Shown here in pieces: positions 28,580-43,500 of a stretch of DNA of 64,000 bases (positions within the stretch are counted from its first letter, which is position 1; the number at the start of each line of letters is the position of its first letter). The stretch lies in NCBI GenBank assembly GCA_964247055.1, contig OZ176050.1, positions 9,176,001-9,240,000 of the forward strand. Direction: 5' to 3'. The position numbers were made by a program, and so were the translations under genes. The stretch comes from Paragordius varius (taxonomy: Eukaryota > Animalia > Nematomorpha). The notes beneath the pieces were generated by a model that saw nothing but the letters and a program-made list of their open reading frames with translations, did no database searches and was not told the origin of the DNA.

Positions 28580-31500
28580 GAAGTTCAAAGAATTACGACT
28601 CACCAAATTAACTCGTTTATCATGGACAAAATTGATAAAAAACATATGGTAAATTTAACTTTCCATGTTATCAATATCATAAAATTTGCAATATATTATT
28701 TATTATATTTTATTTAACTTTTTCAAGGGGCCTTCTATGCGAACCCAAGTCCCAAGTTTATCATCATAAATTTTCCAAACAAAGGGGGTGCAATCATGAT
28801 CAATATTCTTTTCTGAATTATTTTCCCTTTCAAGCTGATACATTTTCCATTTATTGAGTGCAAGGTTATACTTTTCATAATATGTTAGGCGTCTCATAGC
28901 TTTACATAAATTATCAATGAGTGAAAATCCGGCTATAAATGTAGGGAGTATTAATTCTGGAAGTTTTATTTTATTATTCGCATTCAACGTGGGTAGGGTT
29001 GTTAATAGGTTATGTAAAAGTTCACAAACTTTGACGAATAAAATGTCAAGCGGCAAATATAAAAACTTAGGGTTATTATTATCAATGTCTGTAGATATGG
29101 TTTTAGATGTCATGAATTCGGAATTATACATGTGCTATAAAAAATATATGTTAATAAATTAATATAAACACCCTAAATTTTTTTATAAATCAATCATATT
29201 AAGAATAAAAAAACCTACCTTAATTAACGATAAAGCATATTGGAAACGTATGACTAATGGAATATGCTCTTCCATGAAAGAATCTTGAGACAAAATCCAA
29301 TTCTATATATATAATGTTAATACATATTTTATGTTTTTAGAGACGATTTTAATCATATATGTAGGTTGCATTAACTTATATATAAAGAATCAAAATTATT
29401 AAGATATAATATTTCGGACCTAAAATGATCCTTTATTAATTAGGTATTTAATAATATAAAATGTAAAATTCTAGGGATAAAACTGAAACCATTTAGGCAA
29501 TTTTTTGTTAATTTGGTTTATATCCATTTATTAAGTTTTTCCATGTATTTTAAATATTCATTATTTGATTAATTTGTAACAAAACGTAAATAAACCATAA
29601 AAATATAAGCCTAAAAAATTTATATGCTAGTTTCTAATCAAAAAATATACTTTGATCCCGAAAAATAAAAACCAAAAAATAAGGTAAACTATATATATAT
29701 ATACCATTTACACTTCAAATTCACCCTTAAACAATTCGAATTCACCCTTCAACAATTCAAATTCACTCTCGAGCAATTCAAATTCAACCTGAAATTAATT
29801 ATGTTTTTATTATTAAAAATTACCTATATTTTTATAATTTTTTAAAAAGAAATTTTGTTTAAAATCAAAATTATACTGACAATAAACCAAGCCATAAAGA
29901 TATATTTCATATTAATAATGAGTTATATTAGTTCAAAAACACATAATTTATTTTTAGGGTAAATTTGAATTGTAAATGCTATAGCAAATTTAAAAACGAT
30001 ATATCTATCCCGTTTCAAAAAATCTAAACGATTGCATAACCGTTTCAGGTTCCATTTGTATTAGGTTCAATAAATATTTTAATTAATTGAAACCTAATAT
30101 TTACACAAAATTACCATTAAGGTTTCGTCATTATTGTGAATGCGTTTTGTATCAATCGGTTCTTTAGCTACTATATTTCGTTGTAATTGCAGGTAGAGAA
30201 GGGCCAAAGTTTCGATTTGTTCCAAATTAATTTTACATTTGGAGGAATGGGACCAACAATGAGTAAGTGATAACATTATGTATGGTATAGCATCTGATTT
30301 CCATTGTAAAAGCGTTGTGAATAATTGGTTTAATGATTTGTCAAATGCATAATTCTATGGATATAATATATGGTGATAGATTTGAATTTTGAATTATATT
30401 ACTTAAATAAATTGATATAATTATCTATTTTAAAGAGAAAAAGGAAGAAAATTAAATATAAAAAAAATAATAACAAAAACAACAATAAACTCACCGTTGT
30501 ACATGGAATAAGTAGAAATAAAATATTTTTTTTACACAAGAACATATATAGTTTTAAAAAATTAATACTTCAATGGTAATGGTTGATTTAAGGGCTATTT
30601 GATCTTGAGGTACAATCTTTTCGTTAGGATTGACTTTTTCTAAATTTCAAAAAATAATATATATAATTATGCCTTTTGCTATCTTATATGTGTGCCAAAC
30701 TCAGGGTCAAAACTTTTTGTAATTATAATATTTTTGAATGGAGAAATTTACCATTTTTCAGAGTCTGAAAAAAAATATTTGGTGTCACTTTGCTAATACG
30801 GAAAATAAAAGCTAAAAACTTCTAAACTATTATATATATATAGATGCATTTTGCAATACATTATACCGTATGAATAGATATCATCTATATTGGGGGTTTT
30901 ATCCTTGTACAAATCCAATATTTGTTTCGTAGTAGTAGGTGTATCCACTGTTGAAGGCAAAAGACCCATATCACGATAACTTGCATCAATCTATTTGTAA
31001 ACATATTTTTAATAACTATAGTTAATATTAGGGTTGGGTCTTACGGTTTATAAATGTTATATTTCTTTATAACTGGACAGTAATCGCTTATAAATATGTT
31101 TATAACGTAATATTTAATGTGAAACTTTTTAAATCTTTAAATTATATCAACCTTGCAATAAGTGTTTTTATAATATAAAATTTAAAACCATATAACATAT
31201 TAAAAAGTTAACTATATTGGTTAAGATCCATAATATCAGATCGGTTACTAATTTTAACTGCGGTCAAGTTTAAAAACCTAACCTAATCAACATATATTCA
31301 TCAAATAAAATTTTATAATGCGCAAAATTGTGTTTACTATACTTGTGATAAACATTCAAGCAATCTCGTTTCTATCAAAGTTGAATCCGTAGACAATGCA
31401 ATATTTGTGTCATTATTTGGGTTATTTTGTGTTACGTTAGCGTTTATATTGGCAGCATTATATTGATTTTCGGCATTTGTGGTTGATGATGTAGTTGAAC

Positions 31501-34500
31501 TATTATTAACTTGGGAAGTAATGGTATTAGTTGATGCATTCGGATTGAGTGTTCTGGATATTGCTTGAGCTAAATCTGTTGCTCGCTGTATAGCTACCTA
31601 TAAGTGAAAAATGAATTAAACAAAAATGTTCCATATCAATTATTTTATAAGAGTGATGATGCGGATAATGAGCCAAATATTGTTGATAGAATCCAAAAAA
31701 TATAAAAAATGATTAATAGCGTAACTTAACTAACTTTGAAAACTTGTAAGAATTTATTTATAAAATCTGTATTTGATGACTAAATGATTAGAGTTATTGA
31801 TAAACGCTTACTTCCGCTTGTTCCAAAGACTGGAATATATCATTAAGAGTTGAAACATCGTCAACCGACATAATAATTGGATCTTCATTATTGTTGCTGG
31901 CTATAGATAAGTTTAACAAATATAATTTATAATTAGCACCTAGACATTTTTTAATATAAAAATTGACTTATTACCGTTTTATTAAGATATTAGGTTATTT
32001 ATAGAAAATATGGATAGAATAAGATATTTCAATTCGTCAAGACGACATATGAAAAAATAAATCAAAGTTTACATTTACACTTATGCAAAAATACAAAAAT
32101 TTAGTCTGTTATAGAACAACTTAAACATTATATTATAACATCATCTAAAATAATTACAATATGGATGATCCGATAATGTTGAATTATAGATTGGTTGATG
32201 TCTGTTTGCAGTAGTTTCTGATTGCTGAGCTATCGCCATTTCAACATTAGGTGCCTGTTGTTCGCTTGAATTGACTACTTCGAGAAATTTATTTATGGGT
32301 TTTAAAATAAAATAATCAATCAAAAATAATTTAAATAGTTAATTTGTCCTAAAATACAATACTTACAGTAAAAATTAAATAAGAACTTACAATTTAAAAA
32401 AATGTTTTTATTAAAGTCAATCATATTTTATAAATTTTGAATCTTTTAAAATAACTTATTGTTTTGAATCGGAAAATAAGGAGTAGTGACATAAATTGGT
32501 AACATCCTGTAGTATATATTTCAAACTTGCAATTATTAATGTTATATAGTAAAAAATCAAGGTGTTAAAAAAGAATATAATTGTTTTTATGAATAATATT
32601 GTTGTTCCTTAGTTTGTAATTTAATTATCATGATAAAAAGTATGTTTTATACTTGTTAAAGGGACACTAATTGTCGTCGTAATGTTTGCATCATCATTTA
32701 TAGTAACTAGAGGTTCTGAAACAGGGTTAGTATCCTCGATGGGTATTGATGTGGTGGGACTCAGATTTAAAAGATACTCAGTAGCTTGTTCCAAACTGGT
32801 CGTATGCCTCAACGCTTCTAACGCATGTGATCGAGCAAAACCCATATCTAACAAACTTTCTAACCGTCGAGTGTGATCCGAAATCACAGAACCCACTGAA
32901 TTATTAATGTTATTACCATTATTGGTATTATCTATTGTTGTAACAACAATATTATTATTATCTTCATTTGCTACACCCATGTTTGAGGTGTTGGTTAAAT
33001 TTTGGATAAAATTTCTGGTGCTATTGTTGACATTTGTCGTTGTTACATTTGTTGAATTATGTGTGGATGTGATTACATTGGCAGAAGTATCGGTAATTGG
33101 TGTGGCTCTTACTCGACAAACCCGAGGGTCAGATCCTGCTGCGTTCCCAGCACTGGATGTGGATAATGTTGTTTCAATGCCTAAATTTTGGAAACCTCAT
33201 TAATTACACTTCAGTTCACCGTTCAATACAACTCTCTTAAACACTTTTTACCAGGAAATATTTAAAATGACACTTGAACATTTCTTAATCCTTCCGAATT
33301 TAACAAATCGAGCTATTAAATATTTTCAAATCCACTCTTGAAATTTCCAGTTGAACATTTCAAACCCATCCTTATAGATTTTAAATTAGATTTTAAACAT
33401 TTAAATTCACCAAAAAAAAATATGTTTTCATAAAAAAGTAGGGAAAATCAAAACAATATTTAGATTTGATAATTTATTTCAAGGCTTTTATCACGCACAT
33501 ATGCGATTTATGTTAAATATATTAAAGATGTTTATGTATGAGAAAGGACATATTGTGATTTAATCAATGAAATTACCGTAGCTATATATAAATATATATG
33601 TGCATGTAAATATTGATAAACCACCGAGGCAACTTTTAAACAAATAAAAAATGTCATCCATAGTAAAAAAAAATATACAATTATTTTATTTTATTAATTA
33701 CTGTACTATGATGTTAATGTTAAATCTGTTTTAAATTTTTTTCATTTTTTAAAATATCAAATAATATAAATAATTTTATGTCTCGTTTAAATTATATTTC
33801 GTTTTGAACACTTTTTCAAACAAGGAAAATAATAAGAAACAATTAATCATATATGAATTTTTCCAGAAACAAAAAAATCAGAATTATAATTATGAAATCT
33901 TCGAGGGTATTTAAAATGAGGTTTAATTGAGAATTCAAGGGTAAATTCGAAGCGATCAAAGTGAGATGTAAATTTCATATCCATATTTTTAAACTATTTT
34001 AAGGATTATCTCCTCGTTGGGAGAAAAAAACCATAAAGGTTGATTGATATTAAACTATTTTATTAAAAAAATTATCTTTAACTTAATAAATATTAGTAAG
34101 AGACACAAAAAATGTACGAAATAAAATATAAGAAATTGTTTAATATGATTTGATTTGCGTTATCAAATCAAAAACAAGGTAAGAGTATAAAATATGGAAC
34201 ATAAGGAATCAAAATTAAAGTTTTTATAAAAGAGAAAAATACTTGTTTGTGGCTTAGTGGTTAAAAGTGTTGGCAAATGATAATTTTGTAATTCTTTCCA
34301 GATTTTCAAGCGGTTTTTAATGACTTTATCAATGTTCATCAAATATATAAGGATTTGAAGACAACATTTGGATATGATTTGAAACTGCAAACATATAATT
34401 AATACAATAAAAAAAAGTAATATTTTTTATATTAAATAATAATGTAAAAAATGTATGATACAAGAATTTTTCAAAAATTGAAATAAATGAGTGGCAATTA

Positions 34501-37500
34501 TTTAAAAAGTCCATTATCTTACCAATTTATTTTTTGTTTTATGTGGTGCTACGTTCTCTCCAAACACATGATTTATTATGATAAAACTATGTTCTGCAAT
34601 GTATAAAGCATATCTAGCCTGATTTAAGTCATGATTCAAACGTAATTTTTCCACATTTAAAACGGCTTGTGATGTTATATAGGAGGATAGAGGAGGCAAA
34701 TCTACAATGTCAGAACCGAGGCGTAATATTATGTTTGGATTCGTTAACATAACCCAGCATTCCAACAAAACGTTCAGCATTTTGTCTTGTTCTATTGTAA
34801 TATGTTTGTTTTTTGTAGGAGTTGTCGCTATAAAAATTGATAATTACATATATATAACCACAAAAATGTTGAACTTGATTATGGATGGTACGAATAAAAA
34901 TTTGAGATTCTGAAAGAGATTTTTAAATTTAAAGGAATGGTTTCCTATAACGGTAAAATGATTTACGTTACAGTATATTTTTATTTAAATATAATGCTAC
35001 TAATCCCTTTTCTAAAACTTAGGGATTAACCTCGTGTTAAAGTTATGTTTTTTCCACCATACTTAATATTAGTTTGTATGTTACCATGTTGTCCATTATG
35101 ATTATCCATTTCCATAGGTTCTTTAATGAATGTGTTGCTTCCTTCTCGAATATTCTTTAAGGCAACAGTTAACATGGATCCAAGCAAATCAAAAAAATAA
35201 TTTAAAGTATTGTGTTGAACACAATGTTTAATCGATAAATATCTATTGTTGAGGGCCCAACTTAGTTTGTAATGATCTAAGCTTGATGATACAGAAAATG
35301 AATGACTAGACGATATCATCCGACAAAATATTCGAAGGGTATGGTTAACAAACGGTTTAATCGCTTCCATTTTAGAGGCATCCAATCGCATACAACAGAT
35401 TAAGCGTGAAGGACTAAAAAAGGCGTTGTATATAATACATTACATAAAAATATAAGCATGCATATACTTTAACATGCAACAAGGGTTCAAATTTCATCAC
35501 TTTCCTAGGCAGCGGTCAAACGATAATATTTTTAAGTAATAATCTTTTTCTTTATTTAACACAAAGGGAAAATTCTATAAACTCTCTATTTTTTATATTT
35601 AAAAGGGAAAACTTCGTACTTATTTCCTAGCAGGTTCGTTTCACAGTTATTTTCCGTAGTATTAACTGAATCAATATTTTCTGTTATCCCAGCAATTGTT
35701 TGAGATGACAATTTTGATAACCGTTCAAAAATGAATTGAAAATCACGAGTTACACAAAGTGCTAACGTTTCCATCACATGATTAAGGTAGGGATTAATGT
35801 TTCCCATGCTATTACTCATAGTATTAGAATTGTTTAAGGCTGTGGTGGTAGGATAGATCGAAGACATATTTTGTAAATTATTTATGGAGCCGGAGGGCCC
35901 ATTTCTGTTTACACCTAAATTATTCGATCTCTGATTATTGTGATTGTTAGAATTATTGTTGTTATTTATAGTGTTATTAAGCGTGGCGCCATTTAATGGG
36001 ATAATATTTTCACTCGTAGATAGTGATTGTGTGTTATTATTTGATGATGTTCCATTAGTTGCATTTGTGTTTGTTGATAATCTTATTGCATTGTTGGAGT
36101 TATTGGAATTTCGAGGGAGTGGAAGCGAATTCGTTTGTTGTGTTGTAAGATTTGTGTTTGTGAATATGGGACGAGGTAAATTTGTAACTACACTACCACC
36201 TACAAATAAAGGGTTTGTTAGAAATAAAAGACACAATAAAAACGTATGTAAAAATAAAAAAAAGAATGTATGGCCCCTTTGTTTTGAACCCGCAATCAAG
36301 AACTTCTTTTATGTAGAGCTTAAATGGAAAACAGGTCGGTTTTTATATTAACAAAAGGAAATTATTTTCAAAATTTTAAAAGTTTTACCGGTTGTATTAT
36401 TGGATCTTGTGGTATCAATGAATAGCATATTTGTATGAGATCTACTAGATGTATTTCCATTGTTACTCGTATTACCTATACAATATGTAAAAATGTACTT
36501 TTTATGATTTTACTGAATAAGTGTATTGATATAATATTCTTTGGAATAAAAAATATATGATAAAAACTTTCCCCTTGTTTTTCTCTGTTAATTAACCACA
36601 TTCAAATATTTTTAATAAATATTTGTAAATGTAAAGCTCATCGTTAATCAATTTATTTTCGGCGTTAGTTTGTTTTACAAAAATATAAATTTAATATAAG
36701 AAGCAAGAATAAATAATATATCACCAATTGAGATATTGTTAAATGCGGGAGAATTACAAACATCCACCAAACCAATAATAAAAGCCAGGAATACATCGTT
36801 AAAAGTTCGACATAGGGCTAAAATATATGAAACATACATTCATCAAAAATTTTGTTCAATTGTCTATAAAAAATTGATGACTGTAATATATAAAAAAATA
36901 AAAAATTTACAAGAAGTTTATAGTATGCAAAACTTTTAATTAAATTAATAATATTCCAAAATATATTTAATATAATTAGCGAAATAATATTTACATATAA
37001 ATGTTTTTATTTCATCCCGCTGTTTAATAATCATAGGTGATGGGGTATTAGTCTTTGCGGTGCTTTGATTATTATTACAATTATTATTATCGATTTGTGT
37101 AAAAGTTGGTGATTGTTTTGAATTCCAATTGGAACTGAAAAACGGGGTATTTCGACATTTCTGACTATGCGATATGAGCAACAGATTAATGTAATTATAT
37201 TTCATCAATTGCATTCGTCCAATCCCAATAACCGGATTCATATTGGCTTTTTGTTTTTCGGTCTCAAATTTGTGCTTGAAAGTATTGGAACACCAATAAT
37301 TTACAATCGATTTCTTTGTTTCCATCTGCGAAAACAAGCAGAATATATATAAGTATCAATATCAAAATTTTAAATTATTTAAACTACGGCAAAAATTATA
37401 ATTATAAATCTAAATGAAACACTAAACGACAAGAATTTTATTAAAAAGACACCCATATCCTTATAAACCTTTATATATTATGATATTTACAATAGAGCGT

Positions 37501-40500
37501 GTTAGCAATCAGCATTATAGTTTTACGTGTGGTTTATATAATTACATTTTTACAATAATATAAATATAATACCTTGGGTATTTTGTTTAAACTTTTCAAC
37601 AAGCTTATGAGCGTTGTTAAATGTGATAAGTGATGCAATTTGGTTGGTGTTATGATATAAATGTTATTTGTAGTTTTGGGTTTAGAATTGGGGGATTCCG
37701 ATGCTAAAATATGCTTTCTGATTGCTAGTGTATCTTGCAATTTTAAGCAAGTCAAACTGTGATCAAATTCATCAATGCACATTTTCATAATGGTGTTATA
37801 TTGGGAATACGTCTAACATAAGTATACCATATAATGATAAATCGTGAAAATAACCCAAATATTATATTTTAAATCTCAATTATATAATCATTAAATATTA
37901 ATTGGTAATTTTTCCAACAAAACTATTAATTAACACAAAAATGTTAATTATTTTTCAAATAAGCAAAATGTTTCAAGTATATATATGTGAAAGATTTTCA
38001 ATTATTTAAAAACAAACCACAATCCATTTAAATACTGAAACAAATGCATTGTAAGTCTTTGTATGAATAAAATCATAGGGTAGAATGGGTAGGGATATCA
38101 GTTTCATAAGTAAGGACGGTCCACCTTTCGATATAAAAGCTTGACAGTGTTCGCTACTAAAACCATTACTTATGATTGATTCCAAAAATTTGAGCTAAAT
38201 TAATATAATCGCATTTAATTGTAAAAAAATATTTTCCCTTTATTATTTTATTAAAGATACTACCTTGTATGTAAAACTTCAATACCATTTACAATTCAAA
38301 TTAACCCATGACCATTCAAATTCTCCCTCGAACAATTCAAATTCACCCTAAAAATAAATTATGTGTTTTCGGGCTAATATAAGTCATCATTAATATAAAA
38401 TATATTCTTATGGCATAGTTTATTATTTTTTCAGTATTATATTAATTTTAAACAAAATTCATTTCATAAAAATATAAAAAAATATAGGTAATATTTCATT
38501 TTAAAGAACACATAATTTATTTTAGGGTAAATTTGAATTGTTCGAGGGTGAAATTATTCGAGGGTGAATTGAATTGTTCAAGGGTGAATTTGAACTGTAA
38601 ATGGTATATTAGTTAAAAATAAATTTTACAAGAATCAAAAATAGCTCTAGTTGACAATATTAATACAATATATTAAACCAAATAAGTAAAATGTAAATCA
38701 AACGTACCACATTATACATGTATTCTGTGAATTGGCGTTGCCGTTGTTTTACAGAGTTGAAATCATCATTTTTTAAAGCATTTTGATCGGTACTATCAGT
38801 ATGCGATCTAGACGATAAATTTTCTCAAATTAAAAAGTATCTGATCAATAGATTAACTTTGATAAATATAATTTTTAAAAATAATATGATTCCATTTTAA
38901 AAATAGACACATACTTTAATGGTCTGTTATCTTTTTGTAATTGGTTTTCTATGGTTGCTGTACTTGTATCTGCTAATATATATATGGGAATTTCGATTGA
39001 TTTCCAAATTTAGTTCATATATTGTATAAAAATATTATTGTAGATACCTGGAGCGGAAGTGCTATTATCAGAATCATTGGCCATCAAAACATCATTTTGC
39101 GTTGAAATGTCTGATGTAGAGCTATTTCTTCGAGAAACTGGTTCTTGTGTATCGCTAAAACACATGTTATAAATAAACGTCCACAAATCCAGTTTAAATA
39201 AAAATAATGATTCAAAAGTAAAGAATGATTGAAAAACATTTATATGTTTCGGAATTAATAATAAATTCCGCTATTAAACATTTAGTTTCATCAGAAACAT
39301 GTATAAGCTTTGATTCTATATTTCTAAACTCCGGTTTTTTAAATTTGCGTTTGTGATCAAATCGGTGAATAATAAATGTTAAATCAATAAATCATTTTCA
39401 TCCAAAGTTTCATAGGATTTTAAATATTAAAGATCTGAACATTTCATACCAAGTTTTATATAACTTTTGTTAAAATAAATATAATATTTTTATATTAAAA
39501 CATTATATTTCTTAATCAAATCGAGAATTACATACCTCATAGGACTAAGATGATAATTTGTTAGATTGGTACTACCAAAGTTTGTATTTGGGTTGTTATT
39601 AGAATTGGCTGATTGCGTGTTGTTTATATCTAGGTAAATATCAAGGGTTATTTTCGGTAAAAATACCTTTGAAATAACTCATACAGTACCATTTTATATA
39701 ATTATTATTTCTGTACAAAAATGATTTTTAACGTCAAAAAATTTTAAGTACGTATCAGAAATATTTTAGCTGACAGCACCATCTCTATACATGTTAAAAA
39801 TTGGAAGTTGATATTGAATATGCATTTGGTAAACCATCTTATCTCAAGTCATAACATATTTAACATTTTTGTTCAATAAAAATATATTTTGTCTCATATG
39901 GAAATTTACCATTAGAATTAGAGGTATTAGTATTTATATTATTGTTGGCCGCAATATAAAAGTTACTATCAGTCAGTGTTGTAGTCAAATGCGTAGGTGC
40001 CGTATTCGTCGCAGTGGATTGTTGAAATATATCATCAGTAATATTATCATTATTTTGGGTAGATAGATTTGTTGAATGGTTAGATAAAAGTTTTCTACAG
40101 GCATTTACGTAATATCGCGTTTCTAGCGTACTGCTTTCAAGGGCTTCTAATTCACCCATATCAATTAATTCTTGTATAATCTAAGATTATTTATTATATA
40201 TATGTAGGGTATGAATCATTATTTATATAATTTTAATCAAAAGAGTGAAAGCCCCTTCCCTCCTCACCGATAAGGAGCCCAAATATGGGGTGCATAGCCA
40301 AAATATGTACATTTTATTTATCTAATGTCAATTAATATTTAGTTTTTTTGTAATAATCAATTATTTTAAAAATAAATTAATAAAAATTTATTTTTTATTA
40401 TTTTTGACTCGTGATCCAAAAAAACCAGGACCGTAAACTTAACTTTGTACAATTATGACTAAAAAACAGAGCTTTTATAAAAATTGAAATAGTACATGAT

Positions 40501-43500
40501 GATGGGCATGAGCTTAGTCTTATATATTTATCAATCTCTAAAACGATCGTTCAAAGGGGGCCCTTCTCTAGATAAATGCCATGTAAAGGAATAAAAATTT
40601 AGGAAAATTACTTTGCAAATTGATGACATAGCGTCAAGTTTTAATGTCGGTTGATGTCTTAATAATTCGTCTATCATGGCGCCAAATTCACGAGCAGGTT
40701 CATCTATAGGTAACAATATTTCATAAACTTATAAATTATTTTGTAATTATGTATGCATCAGGGTTCACAAAGGATAATTTTAGCGTAAAAATGGGAATAT
40801 AAAAAATAAAAAAATTTTTAATTAATTGTCAAATTTGTATTGTTTCCGTTTATTAATTGGACAATATAGTTTGAATTTAAAAAAAGGAAAATAAGTTGTT
40901 TTTAATTAATTAATAAATTTAATGCTGTTACGTTTTTAATTAATACATACATTTATTGTAAATTGTAAATTTTTTTATAATGGTATAAAATATGTAAATG
41001 ATGAAATGATCTCAATTTACAAAAGCATAATTATGATCAATATCCGCACATTCGTACCAAGTTAGTATTAAAGTTAAATATTTAACTAACATTTTTGTTC
41101 AAAAAGTGCGGAATATATAAATTTTTACTAATACAAGTAAAAACAAAAATTACTTAGAGCCAAATCGTTTGCATCATCACGATTTCTGTGATGCCTTGCA
41201 AAATGATGTGGATTAGTTAACGAATTTGCCGTATTCGTTGCCCTTAAAGCCGGTAAATATTTGGGTGTTATTAATATGCGAAATAATTTATCGAAAGGTT
41301 GTCGACTCACAAACGCTCGCATACCCCGATGATTGAGACAAAGACTCGTAAATATGGTTGGGAGTGAGGTCATAACTTTACGTGTAGCTGGAATCTATGT
41401 TTTATTATATTGAAATATTAAAATTTCATTTAAAAAAAAATTTTTTTTTTCATAAAAACAATCAAATTTATTTTAAAATAAATATTTGAATTCTCGTAAT
41501 ATGTATTAAATTAAACTATCTCCAAAATTTTCGATACATGGTAGTAGTATCTTTTTCAATGGATTAACTATAACAAAATTTGAAAAATATAATTATAAAT
41601 TATGATAACAAATAATTATTTTAACATAAAATATTCGTTCTGGTTGACAATATTAAAACAATCAAATTTATTATTTTGTTACTCCTTTATCCAAGAGTGA
41701 ATGTAACATGATGTCAGTTAGCCCAGTTTTTTGGATAGTTATCAATTCCGACGGCTCGGAGAAGATGTAATTTGACACCAAATCTAATGCTATATATGAT
41801 ATTATGCATATATTTATCTATCTACAGTCATGTATCCTTTATTTTATCAAATATTTAATTTTTTCTAAATGGGTATAAATATTTGGTAAATAATGGAAAA
41901 AACAAGAGTTCTATGGTAATTCTTTATTTTTTGACGAATATGATATTGTTAATACCATAGAGCTCTTGTTTTTTCCATTCAAATATTTATACCGATTAAA
42001 CGAAAAAAAATGTTGATAAAATAAAGGATAATGCCTAAGTATGCCCATATTGATTATTTATTAATTAATATGAAATTCAGTAAACTAGTTATGTGCTCTC
42101 AATTAAACATAAAAACCATCTTCTACGTCAAACTAAAAGGCCTTTTTGAAATTAAATAAACTTATTTTTTGCACTTTTTTCCACCAATTTATTTCGATTA
42201 TAATATAATTTCTGAAAAATTAAACTATGTAAAATTTCTTTGGTAAACTCTTGTTTTTATGAGTAAAAGATGTTTATTATATATATTATCGTTCTTACCC
42301 AATAAAAATAAAGTTGTCCCATAGTAATCCACGTTACTTATTATGTGTTTGAGGCAAGCAATAAAATCATCCGTCATCACTAATAAAAATTTAATAATAA
42401 TAATTTTTTATTCAATTCAAAAGCGATATTTTGAATCAAAAGCAATATGATTCATTTAAACTCGTGAAAAAACTGTTGTTTTAACTAATAATTGTAAATT
42501 TGGATGTAAAAAAATGATGTATATGGCTGAAAATAAAGCCTTTCAATGAAACATATTTATATTAAAATGAAAAAAACGTGATATTGTAGTACATTTCCTA
42601 ACAAAAATTCCATATATATTATATATATCTATGACATACTTAAACGGGCGAATTGATTTACGCTTGTAAGATCACTGATGACATTTTTCAACAGATTCAA
42701 AATTGATTTAAGCAATGCAGCACGGTGCGCTTGACAATGCAGTGGTGTAGAACTTGGTTTCACATCTTTTTATCATTCAAACAAAAAAATGCTACAAAAC
42801 GAACGAACATATAATTTTTATTTTAATCCAAAACAATTATACTTTTATTGGTTTCCATATATTTAGCAACTAATACGCAAGCGTTATGATCGTTTTTGGG
42901 CTTGAAAGTCTTAGAGATCCTTAAATTATTCTGATTGTTTGAATTTGTGTTTGTAGGTGTTAATGAATTGTCTTCTTCCACCCTATTACAAATATTTTTG
43001 TTAATATTGAAAAGGGGGTAAAGAATTTTTTTAAATCGTTTAGGCTCTAAAAGATATTAAAAAATATAAAAATATCCATTTTTTCTCTCATTTTAATCAA
43101 CATATATAACACGTATTAAACTACATACTTATAAATTTATGATAAGCATCTCAAAAATGGAAAACAAAATATATATATATATATTTATCATACTCATTTA
43201 TATCAACATCAGCATCAGTAACCAAGGAAGAATTATTTGTAGGGTCATTTACGACGTGGTTATCATTATTGACTGCGGTGGTAGAATTGCTGGGATAAAG
43301 GACTAAATGTGATAAAATATTTGTGCTTGGACCTATTTCTACTGCATTGCTATTACCATTTTGCACATTGGAAAAAACTTTGTTAGGAGGACCGGTATTT
43401 GATGTTGTAACATTCGCAGTATTTTTCGCCACAATTTGTTGTTGTGTAAAATACGATGACCAAGGACAATTATGGGCCATGATGTAGGGTACTTCTTTGA

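Noticed and set aside
29704-29790. Regularly spaced ~21-bp repeats resembling a CRISPR array
   Set aside because: Contiguous with no unique spacers, arranged as inverted arms of a MITE, in a eukaryotic intron.
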